Shown here in pieces: positions 1 through 10,496 of a stretch of 64,000 nucleotides of DNA. Below the pieces are notes generated by a model. It did not search any database, was not told the DNA's origin, and saw only the letters and a program-made list of their open reading frames with translations. How positions within the stretch are numbered: the stretch's first letter is position 1; each line of letters opens with the position of its first letter. Position numbers and translations under genes: made by a program. Source of the stretch: Parasphingorhabdus sp. (lineage in GTDB: Bacteria > Pseudomonadota > Alphaproteobacteria > Sphingomonadales > Sphingomonadaceae); assembly GCF_036964675.1 (NCBI RefSeq), contig NZ_JBALTF010000003.1, forward strand, positions 5,628-69,627. The letters run 5' to 3'.

Positions 1-3000
1 CTTGCTGAAATGACTGGGCCCTTGATTGCTGTGGATTGTCCTTTGCGATCGAAATGATGCGAACGGTAAGCTTGGCCGCGACGTCATCCCGCACTGGCCA
101 ATGCGACGCCAGCAGGTTCTTCGCTCCGGCATAGAAGAATGAACGCGCCAGGCCTGACAAGCCCGGAGCGCCTTCACTGCCATCGCCCGCCGCTGTATTG
201 CAGGCCGACAATATGACCCAGTCGGCATTTAACTTGAGCGCCGATATTTCCGAAGCGCTCAGATAGCCATCATCGCTCTCGCTGGCCTGGGACGGCGGGG
301 TCAATACAATCCCCGGTTCTGCTATCCCGCCAATGTCGCCTGCAAGCAGGCCGTGGGTGGCAAATACGATGATATTGGCATCAAGATTTGCGGTGCGAAT
401 GAAATGTTCGGTCGCTTTCTCGGCCAGATAGAGCGCGTCGGCTGGCTTGCCAAATTCTTCCCACATCGCGGTCAACTCAGTTGCTGTTCCCGGGAGCCGC
501 GCCATTCGCATGAGCTGGGATATATTGGCAATATTTGCCTCGCCAGCTGCCGGAACAGTGTCAAACAGGCTCTTGAAAGTGCCGCTGCTGCCCGGGATAC
601 TATCCTTTGAACGACTGCCGCGGGTGTGAGACCGGCCGCTCAAAACCGGATCGCCAATGCCCATAAAGGATAGATCGTCGCCTTGTCCCGCTGCCGTTCG
701 ATATTTGCGCAGAAATTCCAGTGACTGGAGCGTCGGGATCAGAATCAGCGCATGGGCATCGGCAAACCATCTGGCAGAGCGGAGCACATCCGGGTCGCCG
801 TTGTCACCCGCGGGCACTCCGCTTGCCAGCATTCCAAAGGGCATGCTGGAGAGTGATCCACTGGCCGAAATAAACAGATGTTTCTTGCCCTTCAGTCCTT
901 CGGCAATCGGCGCAATCAGTTCCCGGTAAAGCGCATAGGACGTGTCAAAGGCGAACGGATAGGCACCCTGGCCCTCATCGGTCCACTCCGCTGATTCCGC
1001 AGCACTGACATCCACATGTGCCCCAACATCCCAAAACAGCCGCTTGACTGCGGCATCAATTTTGTCGCTGGCCCAGTCGGAGCGGACCCAGCGCAAACCT
1101 TCATCTGATACCAGCATGATATGCGTACCCGATCGCGTTGGCACTACCATCAATGCGGCCTCGTCTGATGCCAGAACCTCTTGCGCCGCAGAGAGCGCCA
1201 GCGCTTCGGGACGGATCAAGGAAAAATATTCTGGCGCCTCTTTCTGAAGCCGATCATCAATCGCCTTCATCCGCCGTTTCAGCCCTGCCAGTTCTATTCG
1301 CAAATTGTTGCGCCTGTCATCAATGACTGCGCCGCTCTCGCCCAGGGTCTTGATCAGGGCCTTGTCGGTCGCCAGCCATTGTTGCGACAAATTCTCCCGT
1401 TCAACCGCCAGCGGTTCCAGGGGCCCCGCGGCCTTGCGGGCCACATTTGCTGCAATTGCCTTGCCCGCCGCGCCCGCCAATGCGTCCTGCAGTGCGAGCA
1501 GGACTTCTTCGCGCAATGCGGCATCCTGAGCAGAAGCAAGTGGTTTTGCGCCGGCTGCTCGGGCCTCTGCAGCCAACCCCGGCCCTCGCGCCCATGCCGC
1601 ATTGGCAAAGAGCCGGAACTGATCCGATTGACTTTTTTCTGCGCGTCCCAGCTGGGCTTCTTCGCTGGGGGTGAATCCGGCGACTGCGCGGACAGCGCGA
1701 ATATCCGTTAAAAGGGAACGCGCCGGGGCCACCGCCAAATGCGACCGGGAGGGCAGTGCAAGACGGACATGAGCGAGATTGGCTTTGGCAATTGTTGTTT
1801 CAGGGTGGTTTTCACCCAGCAGCTTGCGCCTTAGCTCCAGTGTCTCGGCATAAAGCGGTTCCGCTTCACTGGACCGGCCCAATATAGTCAGAATATAGGC
1901 ATAATTATTCATGCTGATCAATGTGTCTGGATGGTGCCTGCCCAGCACCTCCTGCCTCAGGCGAAGGACCTCCGCGTAGAGCGGTTCGGCTTCGCCAGCA
2001 CGGCCCAATTCCTTCAGCACACCGGCATAGTTGCTCTGGCTGGTGATTGTCGAAGGATGACGCGTACCCAATATCTCCCGGTTGAGCCGCAGGGCTTCCG
2101 CATAACGCGGCTCGGCCTCCTTGGCGCGGTCCAATTTTTCCAGCACCAACGCATAGTTGTTCAGACTGATCAGCGTGTCGGGATGGTTCGGGCCTTGTAC
2201 CTCTCGCCGCAGCCGCAATGCTTCGGCATGCGGCGGTTCGGCCTCACGGGCGCGGCCCAGATTGTCCAGCACAGAAGCATAATTGTTCAAGCTCTTCAAC
2301 GTATCGGGATGTTTTGCACCGAGCACTTCCCGGTTGAGCCGCAGGGCTTCGGCAAAAAGCGGCTCGGCCTCATTGGCGCGGCCCAGATTTTCCAGCAGCA
2401 ACGCATAATTATTCAGACTGGTCAGCGTACTGGGGTGGTTTTCGCCCAGTATTTCGCGTTTCAGCCGCAACGCTTCGGCTTGCAAAGCTTCCGCTTCGCT
2501 GGCCCGGCCCATTTCATCCAGCACAAATGCATGGTTGCCCAGGCTGGACAGCGTATCGGGATGTCTGTCACCAAGCACCTCGCGATTGAGCCGCACGGCT
2601 TTGGCATAGAGTGGTTCCGCCTCGCCGGCGCGGCCCAGATTTTCCAGCACGCCAGCATAGTTGTTCAGGCTGGTGATCGTGGACGGATGTTTTTCACCCA
2701 CTGTTTCCCGATTGAGCCGCAGAGCCTCCGCATAAAGCGGTTCGGCCTCCGCAGAGCGGCCCAGATTTTCCAGCACCAAAGCATAGTTGTTCAGGCTGAT
2801 CAGGGTAAGGGGATGCACCGGGCCCAGCAGCTCCCGCCGCAGCTGCAGCGCTTCGGCCAAAAGCGGTTCGGCATCGCTGAAGCGCCCCAAAGCCTTCAGG
2901 ATACTGGCATAGTTGATCAGACTGTCGAGCGTGTCAGGATGTTTTTCGCCAAGAATTTCCCGCGTCAAATTCAATTCAATGGCAAAAAGTGATTCTGCCT

Positions 3001-3253
3001 CCCGCAATTTACCCGCGTCGACCAGATCATTTCCGTCCTGCCACAGCTGATCCGCGCGTTGCAGCTTCTCGGTGTCCGCCAGTGAACGCGTTGCCTCCGC
3101 CTCGGCAGAAATATTCTGCGCCATTGCCGCTGCCGGAAACAGCCCAACAGCGGCAAATATGAGCAATAATCTGTAGTTTTTTTTAACCCGGCGGACGATT
3201 TTCAGACGCGGTTTGCCGTTCTGGTGGAAAGTAGTCGCAATGAATTTGGACAA
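1..3253 (-). CDS. Exported TPR-repeat + CHAT (caspase-like cysteine peptidase) protein; 3' end lies outside the window
   Basis: Manual minus-strand translation is open from 3304 to position 1. It shows a signal-like KKNYRLLLIFAAVGLFPAAAMA, nine 42-aa TPRs, then CHAT motifs FATHG (His 353-355) and ILSACNTAAG (Cys 200-202). Start uncertain (TTG 3253 or ATG 3124). Not in the ORF track, probably because its stop lies outside the window. Confidence 0.92.
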   Translation of the reverse strand, partial: MSKFIATTFHQNGKPRLKIVRRVKKNYRLLLIFAAVGLFPAAAMAQNISAEAEATRSLADTEKLQRADQLWQDGNDLVDAGKLREAESLFAIELNLTREILGEKHPDTLDSLINYASILKALGRFSDAEPLLAEALQLRRELLGPVHPLTLISLNNYALVLENLGRSAEAEPLYAEALRLNRETVGEKHPSTITSLNNYAGVLENLGRAGEAEPLYAKAVRLNREVLGDRHPDTLSSLGNHAFVLDEMGRASEAEALQAEALRLKREILGENHPSTLTSLNNYALLLENLGRANEAEPLFAEALRLNREVLGAKHPDTLKSLNNYASVLDNLGRAREAEPPHAEALRLRREVQGPNHPDTLISLNNYALVLEKLDRAKEAEPRYAEALRLNREILGTRHPSTITSQSNYAGVLKELGRAGEAEPLYAEVLRLRQEVLGRHHPDTLISMNNYAYILTILGRSSEAEPLYAETLELRRKLLGENHPETTIAKANLAHVRLALPSRSHLAVAPARSLLTDIRAVRAVAGFTPSEEAQLGRAEKSQSDQFRLFANAAWARGPGLAAEARAAGAKPLASAQDAALREEVLLALQDALAGAAGKAIAANVARKAAGPLEPLAVERENLSQQWLATDKALIKTLGESGAVIDDRRNNLRIELAGLKRRMKAIDDRLQKEAPEYFSLIRPEALALSAAQEVLASDEAALMVVPTRSGTHIMLVSDEGLRWVRSDWASDKIDAAVKRLFWDVGAHVDVSAAESAEWTDEGQGAYPFAFDTSYALYRELIAPIAEGLKGKKHLFISASGSLSSMPFGMLASGVPAGDNGDPDVLRSARWFADAHALILIPTLQSLEFLRKYRTAAGQGDDLSFMGIGDPVLSGRSHTRGSRSKDSIPGSSGTFKSLFDTVPAAGEANIANISQLMRMARLPGTATELTAMWEEFGKPADALYLAEKATEHFIRTANLDANIIVFATHGLLAGDIGGIAEPGIVLTPPSQASESDDGYLSASEISALKLNADWVILSACNTAAGDGSEGAPGLSGLARSFFYAGAKNLLASHWPVRDDVAAKLTVRIISIAKDNPQQSRAQSFQQ
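1817..2950 (-). repeat. Nine tandem 126-bp (42-aa) TPR repeats of kinesin-light-chain type
   Basis: Consensus GxxHPxTLxSLNNYAxVLxxLGRxxEAEPLYAEALRLxREVL. First unit starts at 2950; a tenth partial unit starts at 1816 (9 x 126 bp exactly). Confidence 0.93.
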
Positions 3254-3540
3254 TAATTTCGCCTTGTTTATATGCCGGCAGGCTTCGCAGGTTGAGCAAC
3301 ATAGTCAAGCTCCTTGGCCCGGACTGTGGTGATGCAGGCGGGGAAAATCTCTCGCCACAGTCGGGCTGGTGCAGTCCGCTTTTGCAGACAAGAAGCGCAA
3401 GGCCGACTTTGCAATGGGGCCAAAGCCGACCGCCGGGACTATGATCTTGGCACCACCGAACATCGCCGCCTGACGATTTTGATGGGCGCTGACCATGAAT
3501 TGACCGCGTCGACATTCGAATAATGTGTTTGTTTTTGTCC

Positions 3541-3640
3541 GACGAAGTTATTTATCGATTTAAAAATCTAAATAAATATAGAATAATTCGGATATATTAT
3601 ATTTATAATGTGGATTTAATATTTAGAATTATGCGCATAT
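3541..3640. promoter_or_regulatory. AT-rich divergent promoter region
   Basis: 19 G+C in 100 bases (counted), between divergent TPR-CHAT and lipoprotein genes in otherwise GC-rich DNA. Confidence 0.5.
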
Positions 3641-3779
3641 ATTTTGCCAGATGCTGCGACAATTAATAGCTGGTGCAAAAGTTTCGAATATGTCATCCCG
3701 CCGCCGCGCACAGATTTTCTTGCCCTTGTCCACAGCGGTATCAGAACATCATTCTAACCGCGCAAGGGGAGCCATCATC

Positions 3780-4307
3780 ATGTCCGTCAAAAATTCACTG
3801 TGCCTTGTCGTTTCGCTACTCGCACTCAGCGCATGCGGCTCGGCAGATGCAGATCAATCGGAAAGCCCGGCGATCGTGACACCAGCAACCGGTGATGAGG
3901 CGGCAGCGGTAGAGGCTTCTCCGCAATCCACTGTCGCCGATGATGTCGCAGCCGTTGCCGTTGATGAAGTTGCGCCAACGGCCAAGCCAGCTCCCATCGT
4001 CGCAGCCAAGGAAAAAGCGCCGAGCGGCAAGAAAGCAAAATGCAAAATAACGTCCGGCGGCGAAGTGCTGAAGGGGCCGTGCCTGTTTGAGTCAGGAGAA
4101 GGTGGCTCTTTCTATGTCGAGACCGATGCCATCCCTGGATTGAGAGACCAGATAGATAGCATCAGTGTAACAATTATCGAAAAAGGCGCAGCCGAAGTCA
4201 GGGGCCTGACCAAGGATGGGATCAATTCGCGATGGGGCGCCGCACAAAGGTCGACGACCGACAAGGCCTGCTGGACCGGATCAGATTTTGAAGTCTGCGC
4301 TTATTAG
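3780..4307 (+). CDS. Hypothetical lipoprotein with Ala/Pro linker and 4-Cys C-terminal domain
   Basis: RBS AAGGGGAG, ATG 3780, MSVKNSLCLVVSLLALSAC lipobox. C-terminal domain ends INSRWG..ACWTGSDFEVCAY. Confidence 0.85.
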   Translation: MSVKNSLCLVVSLLALSACGSADADQSESPAIVTPATGDEAAAVEASPQSTVADDVAAVAVDEVAPTAKPAPIVAAKEKAPSGKKAKCKITSGGEVLKGPCLFESGEGGSFYVETDAIPGLRDQIDSISVTIIEKGAAEVRGLTKDGINSRWGAAQRSTTDKACWTGSDFEVCAY

Positions 4308-4349
4308 GCCCGGGATCAGGCCGGGGTCCAAGTCGGTTCTCGCCAGAGG

Positions 4350-4808
4350 TTAACGCTTCGCAGCGACTGTCCCCGTTGCGACGTTTACCGTCAGCAGGAG
4401 CGGCCTTCCCGGGACGCCATTGCCATCAATGTCCAAGTCTATGACCGGAACGGATAATTGGAGACCTGTCTTGGGATCATAGGATGATTCGGTTGCATCA
4501 ACATCAAGATTGTAGAAACGCGCCACCAGCTTGCACAGCCGCTCGCCAAGATGACTCACCGGATCGGGGAGCAGAACGACAAGGCCCGTGGCGCTAGCGG
4601 CTGGCTCTATGAGATCGACCAGCATGACTTGCACCCGATTGTCGTAAAAACTGCGAATGCCGTCGCCTTCAGCCGTGACCATCAAGGAGGAAATTCCAAC
4701 CATATCATGGCATTCTTCAACCGGGATTGCGGTCATTTCCTCGGCGAGGCAGGCGGTCCCGACGTTTAGAGACGCGGCGAATAGGATCATCCTGGCAGCT
4801 TTAAACAA
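4350..4808 (-). CDS. Hypothetical secreted protein
   Basis: AAGGA RBS 7 nt before TTG 4808, signal-like MFKAARMILFAASLNVGTACLA, globular-looking remainder (DLIEPAA..LGERLC..YDPKTGL). Confidence 0.75.
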   Translation of the reverse strand: MFKAARMILFAASLNVGTACLAEEMTAIPVEECHDMVGISSLMVTAEGDGIRSFYDNRVQVMLVDLIEPAASATGLVVLLPDPVSHLGERLCKLVARFYNLDVDATESSYDPKTGLQLSVPVIDLDIDGNGVPGRPLLLTVNVATGTVAAKR

Positions 4809-5100
4809 AATATTTTCCTTCAAACACTCGGCAGACCGGTTGCCGGCCCTTGGCCTATGCCATCGCCCCACTATTAGCAACGCCGCCATGGGGAGGACTG
4901 GGCTACCAATATTGTCGGGGTCGCCGTCGTTCGCCTTTGTTTGGTATTTCATCCTATGCGATCAATGCGGCGCCATGGGCGCACGCACGGCTTTGGGCCG
5001 GGGCTCTCCCGCCACCACAATGAAAAGGGAAGGGGATAGCCTTTGCGCCGAACTATGTTAGGTGCTGCTTTTTACAGGCCATTGTTTTTGAGGATCATTC

Positions 5101-5463
5101 ATGAAAAATTTCTTGTACGGCGGCCTGATTGCCGCATCTCTCGCATTTGCAGCTGCAACACCCGCCAAAGCGGAATTGCAGAGTGATCCGGAACGGGACG
5201 CCGACTGCACGATCTCGCTGATGTTGCTCATGGCACAAGTCGAAGAGGCCGGGGGCGAACAGGATCCCATCTTTACGATAACCATGTATTATTTTGGACG
5301 CCTGGGCGGAGAATGGCGGGCGAATGAGGCCTATTTGACTTCGCGCATGGACCGGTTTGTTGCCGAACCGGAATTTTATCTGGAGAAATCCCAGCAATGC
5401 GCAACTGACTTTGAAGCCGAAGCGGAGACATTGGGCGAATTTGGAACTTCGTTGGCGAAGTAA
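5101..5463 (+). CDS. Hypothetical secreted protein (YYFGRL motif, 2 Cys)
   Basis: GAGG RBS, signal peptide MKNFLYGGLIAASLAFAAATPAKA, 120 aa. Confidence 0.8.
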   Translation: MKNFLYGGLIAASLAFAAATPAKAELQSDPERDADCTISLMLLMAQVEEAGGEQDPIFTITMYYFGRLGGEWRANEAYLTSRMDRFVAEPEFYLEKSQQCATDFEAEAETLGEFGTSLAK

Positions 5464-5504
5464 AGGGTCGGGCTGGTCTTCAGCTCAGGACCTCGATCAG
5501 ATCA

Positions 5505-5528
5505 CGCGAAGCCGCGAAGCCGCGAAGC
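5505..5528. repeat. Three tandem copies of CGCGAAGC
   Basis: Exact 8-mer x3, beside a REP-like element. Confidence 0.85.
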
Positions 5529-5544
5529 CGCAATATACTGTCTT

Positions 5545-5656
5545 CGTCATCCTGAACTTGATTCAGGATCCACTTCTCCTCTCTCGCAGCCTGTGATTGA
5601 GGCGCAATGGATGCTGAGCCGAAGGCCACCGCTAGGCAACCAAGTTCAGCATGACG
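5545..5656. repeat. REP/MITE-like inverted-repeat element (GTCATCCTGAAC family) with nested insert in right arm
   Basis: Left arm CGTCATCCTGAACTTGATTCAGGATCC; right arm GGATGCTGA-[insert 5618-5641]-AAGTTCAGCATGACG. Same family at 45195-45270 and 49139-49186. Confidence 0.8.
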
Positions 5657-5766
5657 AAAGGGATGAGCAGAGTTATCCCGTCGTACGGCCGCATTCGCAG
5701 AAAATGACGCCGCGCTGATCCGCACCGCGCTGAACGATGCCGCGCGGGCCATCCCCGCTCCATCTA

Positions 5767-5795
5767 TTGACCTGATAGCGAATCCCCGCTAAGGG
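5767..5795 (+). promoter_or_regulatory. Sigma70-type promoter of str operon
   Basis: TTGACC-N17-TAAGGG followed by a GC-rich discriminator, upstream of rpsL. Confidence 0.6.
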
Positions 5796-5927
5796 CCGCG
5801 CTTCCGCTACATCGGGCTCTGCTCGACGCTGCAGAAAACTTACATAGGCAAAACACTTGCCGCTATTTTGGGCGGTGAGAGTAACCCCTGCATTTTGCAG
5901 GATAATCTACTATAAGGTGAAGACTTT

Positions 5928-6299
5928 ATGCCAACGATCAACCAGCTCGTCCGTAAAGGGCGAGTGCCCCAGAAGACGAAGTCCAAGGTGCCAGCCATGG
6001 AAGCCAACCCGCAGAAACGCGGCGTTTGTACCCGTGTCTACACAACGACTCCAAAGAAACCAAACTCCGCTCTGCGTAAAGTTGCCAAGGTTCGCCTGAC
6101 CAACCAGCGCGAGGTCATCAGCTATATCCCCGGTGAAGGTCATAACCTTCAGGAACATAGTGTTGTGCTGATCCGCGGCGGCCGTGTTCGCGATCTTCCC
6201 GGTGTGCGTTATCACGTACTGCGCGGCGTTCTCGATACGCAGGGCGTAAAAGACCGCAAGCAGAGCCGCTCGAAATATGGCGCCAAGCGTCCTAAATAG
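5928..6299 (+). CDS. rpsL: 30S ribosomal protein S12
   Basis: [31 protein letters not shown]. Confidence 0.99.
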   Translation: MPTINQLVRKGRVPQKTKSKVPAMEANPQKRGVCTRVYTTTPKKPNSALRKVAKVRLTNQREVISYIPGEGHNLQEHSVVLIRGGRVRDLPGVRYHVLRGVLDTQGVKDRKQSRSKYGAKRPK

Positions 6300-6322
6300 T
6301 TTCAGTTTCGGAGTTATAAGAT

Positions 6323-6793
6323 ATGTCACGTCGTCGTCGTCCCGAAAAGCGGGTCATTTTACCCGATCCAAAATTCAAGGATCTGATCCTTTCGAAATTC
6401 ATGAACAACCTGATGATGGATGGTAAGAAATCCACCGCAGAGCGCATCGTATATGGTGCCTTTGACAGCGTTGAAGCCAAAGCGAAGAAAGATCCTTTGC
6501 AGCTGTTTCATGATGCTCTCAACAATATCAAGCCGGGCATTGAAGTTCGCAGCCGCCGTGTTGGTGGTGCGACCTATCAGGTTCCCGTCGAGGTGCGTCC
6601 CGAACGCGCGCAGGCTCTGGCAATTCGCTGGATGATTTCTGCCGCTCGCGGTCGCAGCGAAACCACAATGGCCGCTCGCCTGTCGGGAGAAATTCTCGAT
6701 GCGTCGAACAACCGCGGCAATGCGGTGAAGAAGCGGGAAGATGCGCACAAGATGGCGGAAGCCAACCGCGCATTCGCCCACTACCGCTGGTAG
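6323..6793 (+). CDS. rpsG: 30S ribosomal protein S7
   Basis: [37 protein letters not shown]. Confidence 0.99.
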   Translation: MSRRRRPEKRVILPDPKFKDLILSKFMNNLMMDGKKSTAERIVYGAFDSVEAKAKKDPLQLFHDALNNIKPGIEVRSRRVGGATYQVPVEVRPERAQALAIRWMISAARGRSETTMAARLSGEILDASNNRGNAVKKREDAHKMAEANRAFAHYRW

Positions 6794-6952
6794 AAACACT
6801 ATATTCGCCATTGCGGCGACCTTGCGGGTAACCGCCGGGTCGCCGACATGGTATAAGACCGATAGATTCAACCATCACAGGGCTGGCATTGTTCAGCCCA
6901 TTTCACTATAGGGCAGCCAGAATTTGGTTCCCCACATATCGGAGTACAGACT

Positions 6953-9046
6953 ATGGCACGCAGCCATCCGCTCAAATATTATCGCAATATCGGCATTATG
7001 GCCCATATTGATGCCGGTAAAACGACGACCACGGAACGTATCCTATATTATACCGGCAAGTCCTATAAAATTGGCGAAGTGCATGATGGCGCGGCGACAA
7101 TGGACTGGATGGAGCAGGAGCAAGAGCGGGGTATTACGATTACCTCTGCTGCGACCACCTGTTTCTGGAATGCCGATGACCGCAATGGTCCCGAGCACCG
7201 GATCAATATCATTGATACGCCTGGCCACGTTGACTTCACCATTGAAGTTGAACGCTCGCTGCGTGTGCTCGATGGTGCGGTAGCCTGTTTTGATGGCGTT
7301 GCCGGCGTTGAGCCACAGTCTGAAACCGTATGGCGTCAGGCAGACAAATATAAAGTGCCGCGGATGTGTTTCATTAACAAGCTCGACCGCACCGGCGCCA
7401 ACTTTAAATTCTGCGTCGATTCGATCATTGAGCGTCTGGGCGCAACGCCTGCCGTGCTCTATTTGCCAATCGGCATCGAAGCGAGCCTGACCGGTCTGGT
7501 CGACCTTGTGAATCAGCGTTCGATCACCTGGAAGAACGAAGATCTGGGTGCTGAATATACTTATGGTGAAATTCCTGCGGATATGGCTGACGAAGCGGCT
7601 GAATATCGCACCAAGCTTATCGAGCTTGCTGTCGAGCAGGACGATGACGTCATGGAGCAATATCTCGAAGGCAACGAGCCTGATGCTGCGACTTTGAAAT
7701 CGTTGATCCGCAAGGGCACGCTGAATCAGAGTTTCGTACCAGTGCTTTGCGGCTCTGCGTTCAAGAACAAGGGCGTTCAGCCTTTGCTCGACGCGGTTGT
7801 CGATTATATGCCAAGCCCGCTCGACGTTCCCGCCATCAAGGGCGTGAAGCTCGACGGCGAAACCGAAGATAGCCGCCCATCATCCGATGAAGCGCCATTC
7901 TCCGCGCTGGCCTTCAAGGTCATGAACGATCCGTTCGTGGGTACGCTGACCTTCTGCCGCATCTATTCCGGCAAGCTGGAAAAAGGCACGTTGCTGAATT
8001 CGGTTAAGGACAAGAAAGAAAAAGTCGGACGTATCCTCGAGATGCACTCCAATGATCGCAAGGACATTGACGAGGCATTTGCAGGCGACATCGTTGCTCT
8101 GGCGGGTATGAAAACCACCACCACCGGTGATACGCTTTGTGATCTGGAAAATCCGATCATCCTCGAGCGGATGGAATTCCCTGAGCCGGTTATCGAGCTG
8201 AGCGTTGAACCAAAGACCAAGGCTGACCAAGAAAAAATGGGCGTTGCCTTGCATCGTCTGGCGGCTGAAGATCCTTCCTTCCGGGTGTCGACTGATCACG
8301 AATCGGGTCAGACGATCATCAAGGGCATGGGCGAGCTTCACCTCGACATTCTGGTCGACCGGATGAAGCGCGAATTCAAGGTCGAAGCCAATGTTGGCGC
8401 GCCGCAGGTGGCGTATCGCGAATCACTCGGCAAGGCTGTCGAAGTTGATTACACGCATAAAAAGCAGTCCGGCGGTTCCGGTCAGTTTGCGCGTATCAAA
8501 TTCGAAGTCACTCCGGGCGAACGTGGCGCTGGCATTACTTTCAGCGATGAAATCAAGGGCGGTAATATTCCGAAAGAATATATCCCTTCTATTGAAAAAG
8601 GCATGCGCGAGACGGCTGAAACCGGTTCGTTGATCGGCTTCCCGATTATCGATTTTGACATTCGCGTCTATGACGGCGCCTATCATGATGTAGATAGTTC
8701 GGCTCTGGCATTTGAAATCGCCGGTCGCGCAGCGATGCGCGAAGCGGCACAGAAATCCGGCATCAAGCTGCTTGAACCAATCATGAAAGTTGAAGTGGTG
8801 ACACCGGAAGACTATCTTGGTGATGTGATCGGCGATCTCAACTCCCGCCGTGGCCAGATCCAAGGTACTGATACGCGCGGTAATGCCCAGGCTGTGAACG
8901 CCATGGTGCCGCTGGCCAATATGTTCGGTTATGTGAACGAGCTGCGTTCCTTCAGTCAGGGACGTGCGCAATATTCGATGCAATTCTCTCATTATGAGGA
9001 AGTGCCGAGCAATGTGGCTGAAGAGATCAAGGAGAAAATGGCCTAA
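6953..9046 (+). CDS. fusA: Elongation factor G
   Basis: [24 protein letters not shown] motifs; 697 aa. Confidence 0.99.
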   Translation: MARSHPLKYYRNIGIMAHIDAGKTTTTERILYYTGKSYKIGEVHDGAATMDWMEQEQERGITITSAATTCFWNADDRNGPEHRINIIDTPGHVDFTIEVERSLRVLDGAVACFDGVAGVEPQSETVWRQADKYKVPRMCFINKLDRTGANFKFCVDSIIERLGATPAVLYLPIGIEASLTGLVDLVNQRSITWKNEDLGAEYTYGEIPADMADEAAEYRTKLIELAVEQDDDVMEQYLEGNEPDAATLKSLIRKGTLNQSFVPVLCGSAFKNKGVQPLLDAVVDYMPSPLDVPAIKGVKLDGETEDSRPSSDEAPFSALAFKVMNDPFVGTLTFCRIYSGKLEKGTLLNSVKDKKEKVGRILEMHSNDRKDIDEAFAGDIVALAGMKTTTTGDTLCDLENPIILERMEFPEPVIELSVEPKTKADQEKMGVALHRLAAEDPSFRVSTDHESGQTIIKGMGELHLDILVDRMKREFKVEANVGAPQVAYRESLGKAVEVDYTHKKQSGGSGQFARIKFEVTPGERGAGITFSDEIKGGNIPKEYIPSIEKGMRETAETGSLIGFPIIDFDIRVYDGAYHDVDSSALAFEIAGRAAMREAAQKSGIKLLEPIMKVEVVTPEDYLGDVIGDLNSRRGQIQGTDTRGNAQAVNAMVPLANMFGYVNELRSFSQGRAQYSMQFSHYEEVPSNVAEEIKEKMA

Positions 9047-9124
9047 CAGCCACTCCTTTTCGAGGTAACGCGCTTTCCTTTTGCGCGGGTCTGACGGGAA
9101 ATCCGCCAGACCGGCAAAAGGGTG

Positions 9125-9153
9125 TTGACAGAATTAGAGAGTCTCGCCAAAGC
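9125..9153 (+). promoter_or_regulatory. Possible internal promoter for tuf
   Basis: TTGACA then GCCAAAG at -10 spacing in the fusA-tuf spacer. Confidence 0.45.
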
Positions 9154-9198
9154 GCGGCGCAGACTATCAAGACGATAGAAAATCAGAGGTAAAATAAA

Positions 9199-10389
9199 AT
9201 GGCTAAAGAGAAGTTTGAGCGCAATAAGCCGCATTGCAACATCGGAACCATCGGTCATGTTGACCATGGCAAAACGACGTTGACTGCGGCGATCACCAAA
9301 GTGCTTGCTGAAACCACTGGCGGTAAAGCTGTGGACTTTGCAAATATCGACAAGGCGCCTGAAGAGCGTGAGCGCGGCATCACCATTTCAACGGCCCACG
9401 TTGAATATGAAACCGAAGCTCGCCATTATGCGCACGTCGATTGCCCAGGCCATGCCGATTATGTGAAAAACATGATCACTGGTGCTGCTCAGATGGATGG
9501 TGCCATTCTTGTGGTTAACGCTGCAGACGGCCCAATGCCACAGACCCGCGAGCACATCCTGCTCGCTCGTCAGGTTGGTGTGCCGGCTCTGGTCGTGTTC
9601 ATGAACAAGGTTGATCAGGTCGATGATGACGAGCTGCTCGAACTGGTTGAAATGGAAATCCGCGAACTGCTGTCCTATTATGACTTTGATGGCGACGCCA
9701 TTCCCGTCATATCCGGTTCTGCCTTGGCTGCGCTCGAAGGCCGCGACGACGAAATCGGCAAGAACAAGATTCTTGAACTGATGAAAGCGGTCGACGAAGC
9801 CATTCCTCAGCCAGAACGTCCAGTTGATCTTCCATTCCTGATGCCAATCGAAGACGTGTTCTCGATTTCGGGTCGCGGTACGGTTGTTACCGGTCGTGTT
9901 GAAAGCGGCATCGTCAATGTTGGTGATGAATGCGAAATCGTTGGTATCAAGGATACCACGAAGACCACCGTTACCGGCGTGGAAATGTTCCGCAAGCTGC
10001 TCGACTCCGGTCGCGCTGGCGACAACATCGGCGCACTGATCCGCGGCGTTGACCGTGAAGCGGTTGAGCGCGGCCAGGTTCTCTGCAAGCCAGGCTCGAT
10101 CACGCCGCACACCGAATTTTCGGCTGAAGTGTACGTGCTGTCAAAAGACGAAGGAGGCCGTCATACGCCTTTCTTTGCCAACTATCGTCCGCAGTTCTAC
10201 TTCCGTACGACCGACGTAACCGGCGAAGTGATCCTTCCTGAAGGCACTGAAATGGTTATGCCTGGTGACAACGTCACCATTGGTGTGAAACTGATTGCTC
10301 CAATCGCCATGGATCCAGGTCTCCGCTTCGCTATTCGCGAAGGTGGACGGACCGTTGGATCAGGGGTTGTCAGCAGCGTAACAAAGTAA
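9199..10389 (+). CDS. tuf: Elongation factor Tu
   Basis: [21 protein letters not shown] motifs; 396 aa. Confidence 0.99.
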   Translation: MAKEKFERNKPHCNIGTIGHVDHGKTTLTAAITKVLAETTGGKAVDFANIDKAPEERERGITISTAHVEYETEARHYAHVDCPGHADYVKNMITGAAQMDGAILVVNAADGPMPQTREHILLARQVGVPALVVFMNKVDQVDDDELLELVEMEIRELLSYYDFDGDAIPVISGSALAALEGRDDEIGKNKILELMKAVDEAIPQPERPVDLPFLMPIEDVFSISGRGTVVTGRVESGIVNVGDECEIVGIKDTTKTTVTGVEMFRKLLDSGRAGDNIGALIRGVDREAVERGQVLCKPGSITPHTEFSAEVYVLSKDEGGRHTPFFANYRPQFYFRTTDVTGEVILPEGTEMVMPGDNVTIGVKLIAPIAMDPGLRFAIREGGRTVGSGVVSSVTK

Positions 10390-10403
10390 TATAGAAACGC
10401 CTC

Positions 10404-10439
10404 GCTGCCCGGATCGGTGATTCGGGCAGCCAGTTTTTT
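10404..10439 (+). terminator. Intrinsic terminator after tuf
   Basis: GCTGCCCGGATC/GATTCGGGCAGC stem followed by a T6 run. Confidence 0.7.
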
Positions 10440-10485
10440 CGCCGCTCCGGCCTTTTCGTCAGAAAATCGGGGCGGTTTATTTTTG

Positions 10486-10496
10486 GCTCTTTGACA
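10486..10496 (+). promoter_or_regulatory. boxA-like (Nus factor) motif upstream of rpsJ
   Basis: GCTCTTTGACA, one mismatch to boxA GCTCTTTAACA, ends 14 nt before the rpsJ ATG. Confidence 0.55.

Noticed and set aside
353-1711. Several 60-176 aa ORFs
   Set aside because: All overlap the TPR-CHAT frame and lack recognisable motifs or RBS.
1817-2950. 126-bp periodic repeats as a CRISPR or DNA repeat array
   Set aside because: No constant repeat/unique spacer structure; variation is codon-like, so these are protein repeats.
1931-2992. 353-aa plus-strand ORF with periodic sequence
   Set aside because: Antisense shadow of the TPR array; the minus frame has canonical TPR and CHAT motifs.
3183-3523. 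Short ORFs on both strands upstream of TPR-CHAT
   Set aside because: No family motif or convincing RBS in any frame; may be a decayed gene but not supportable.
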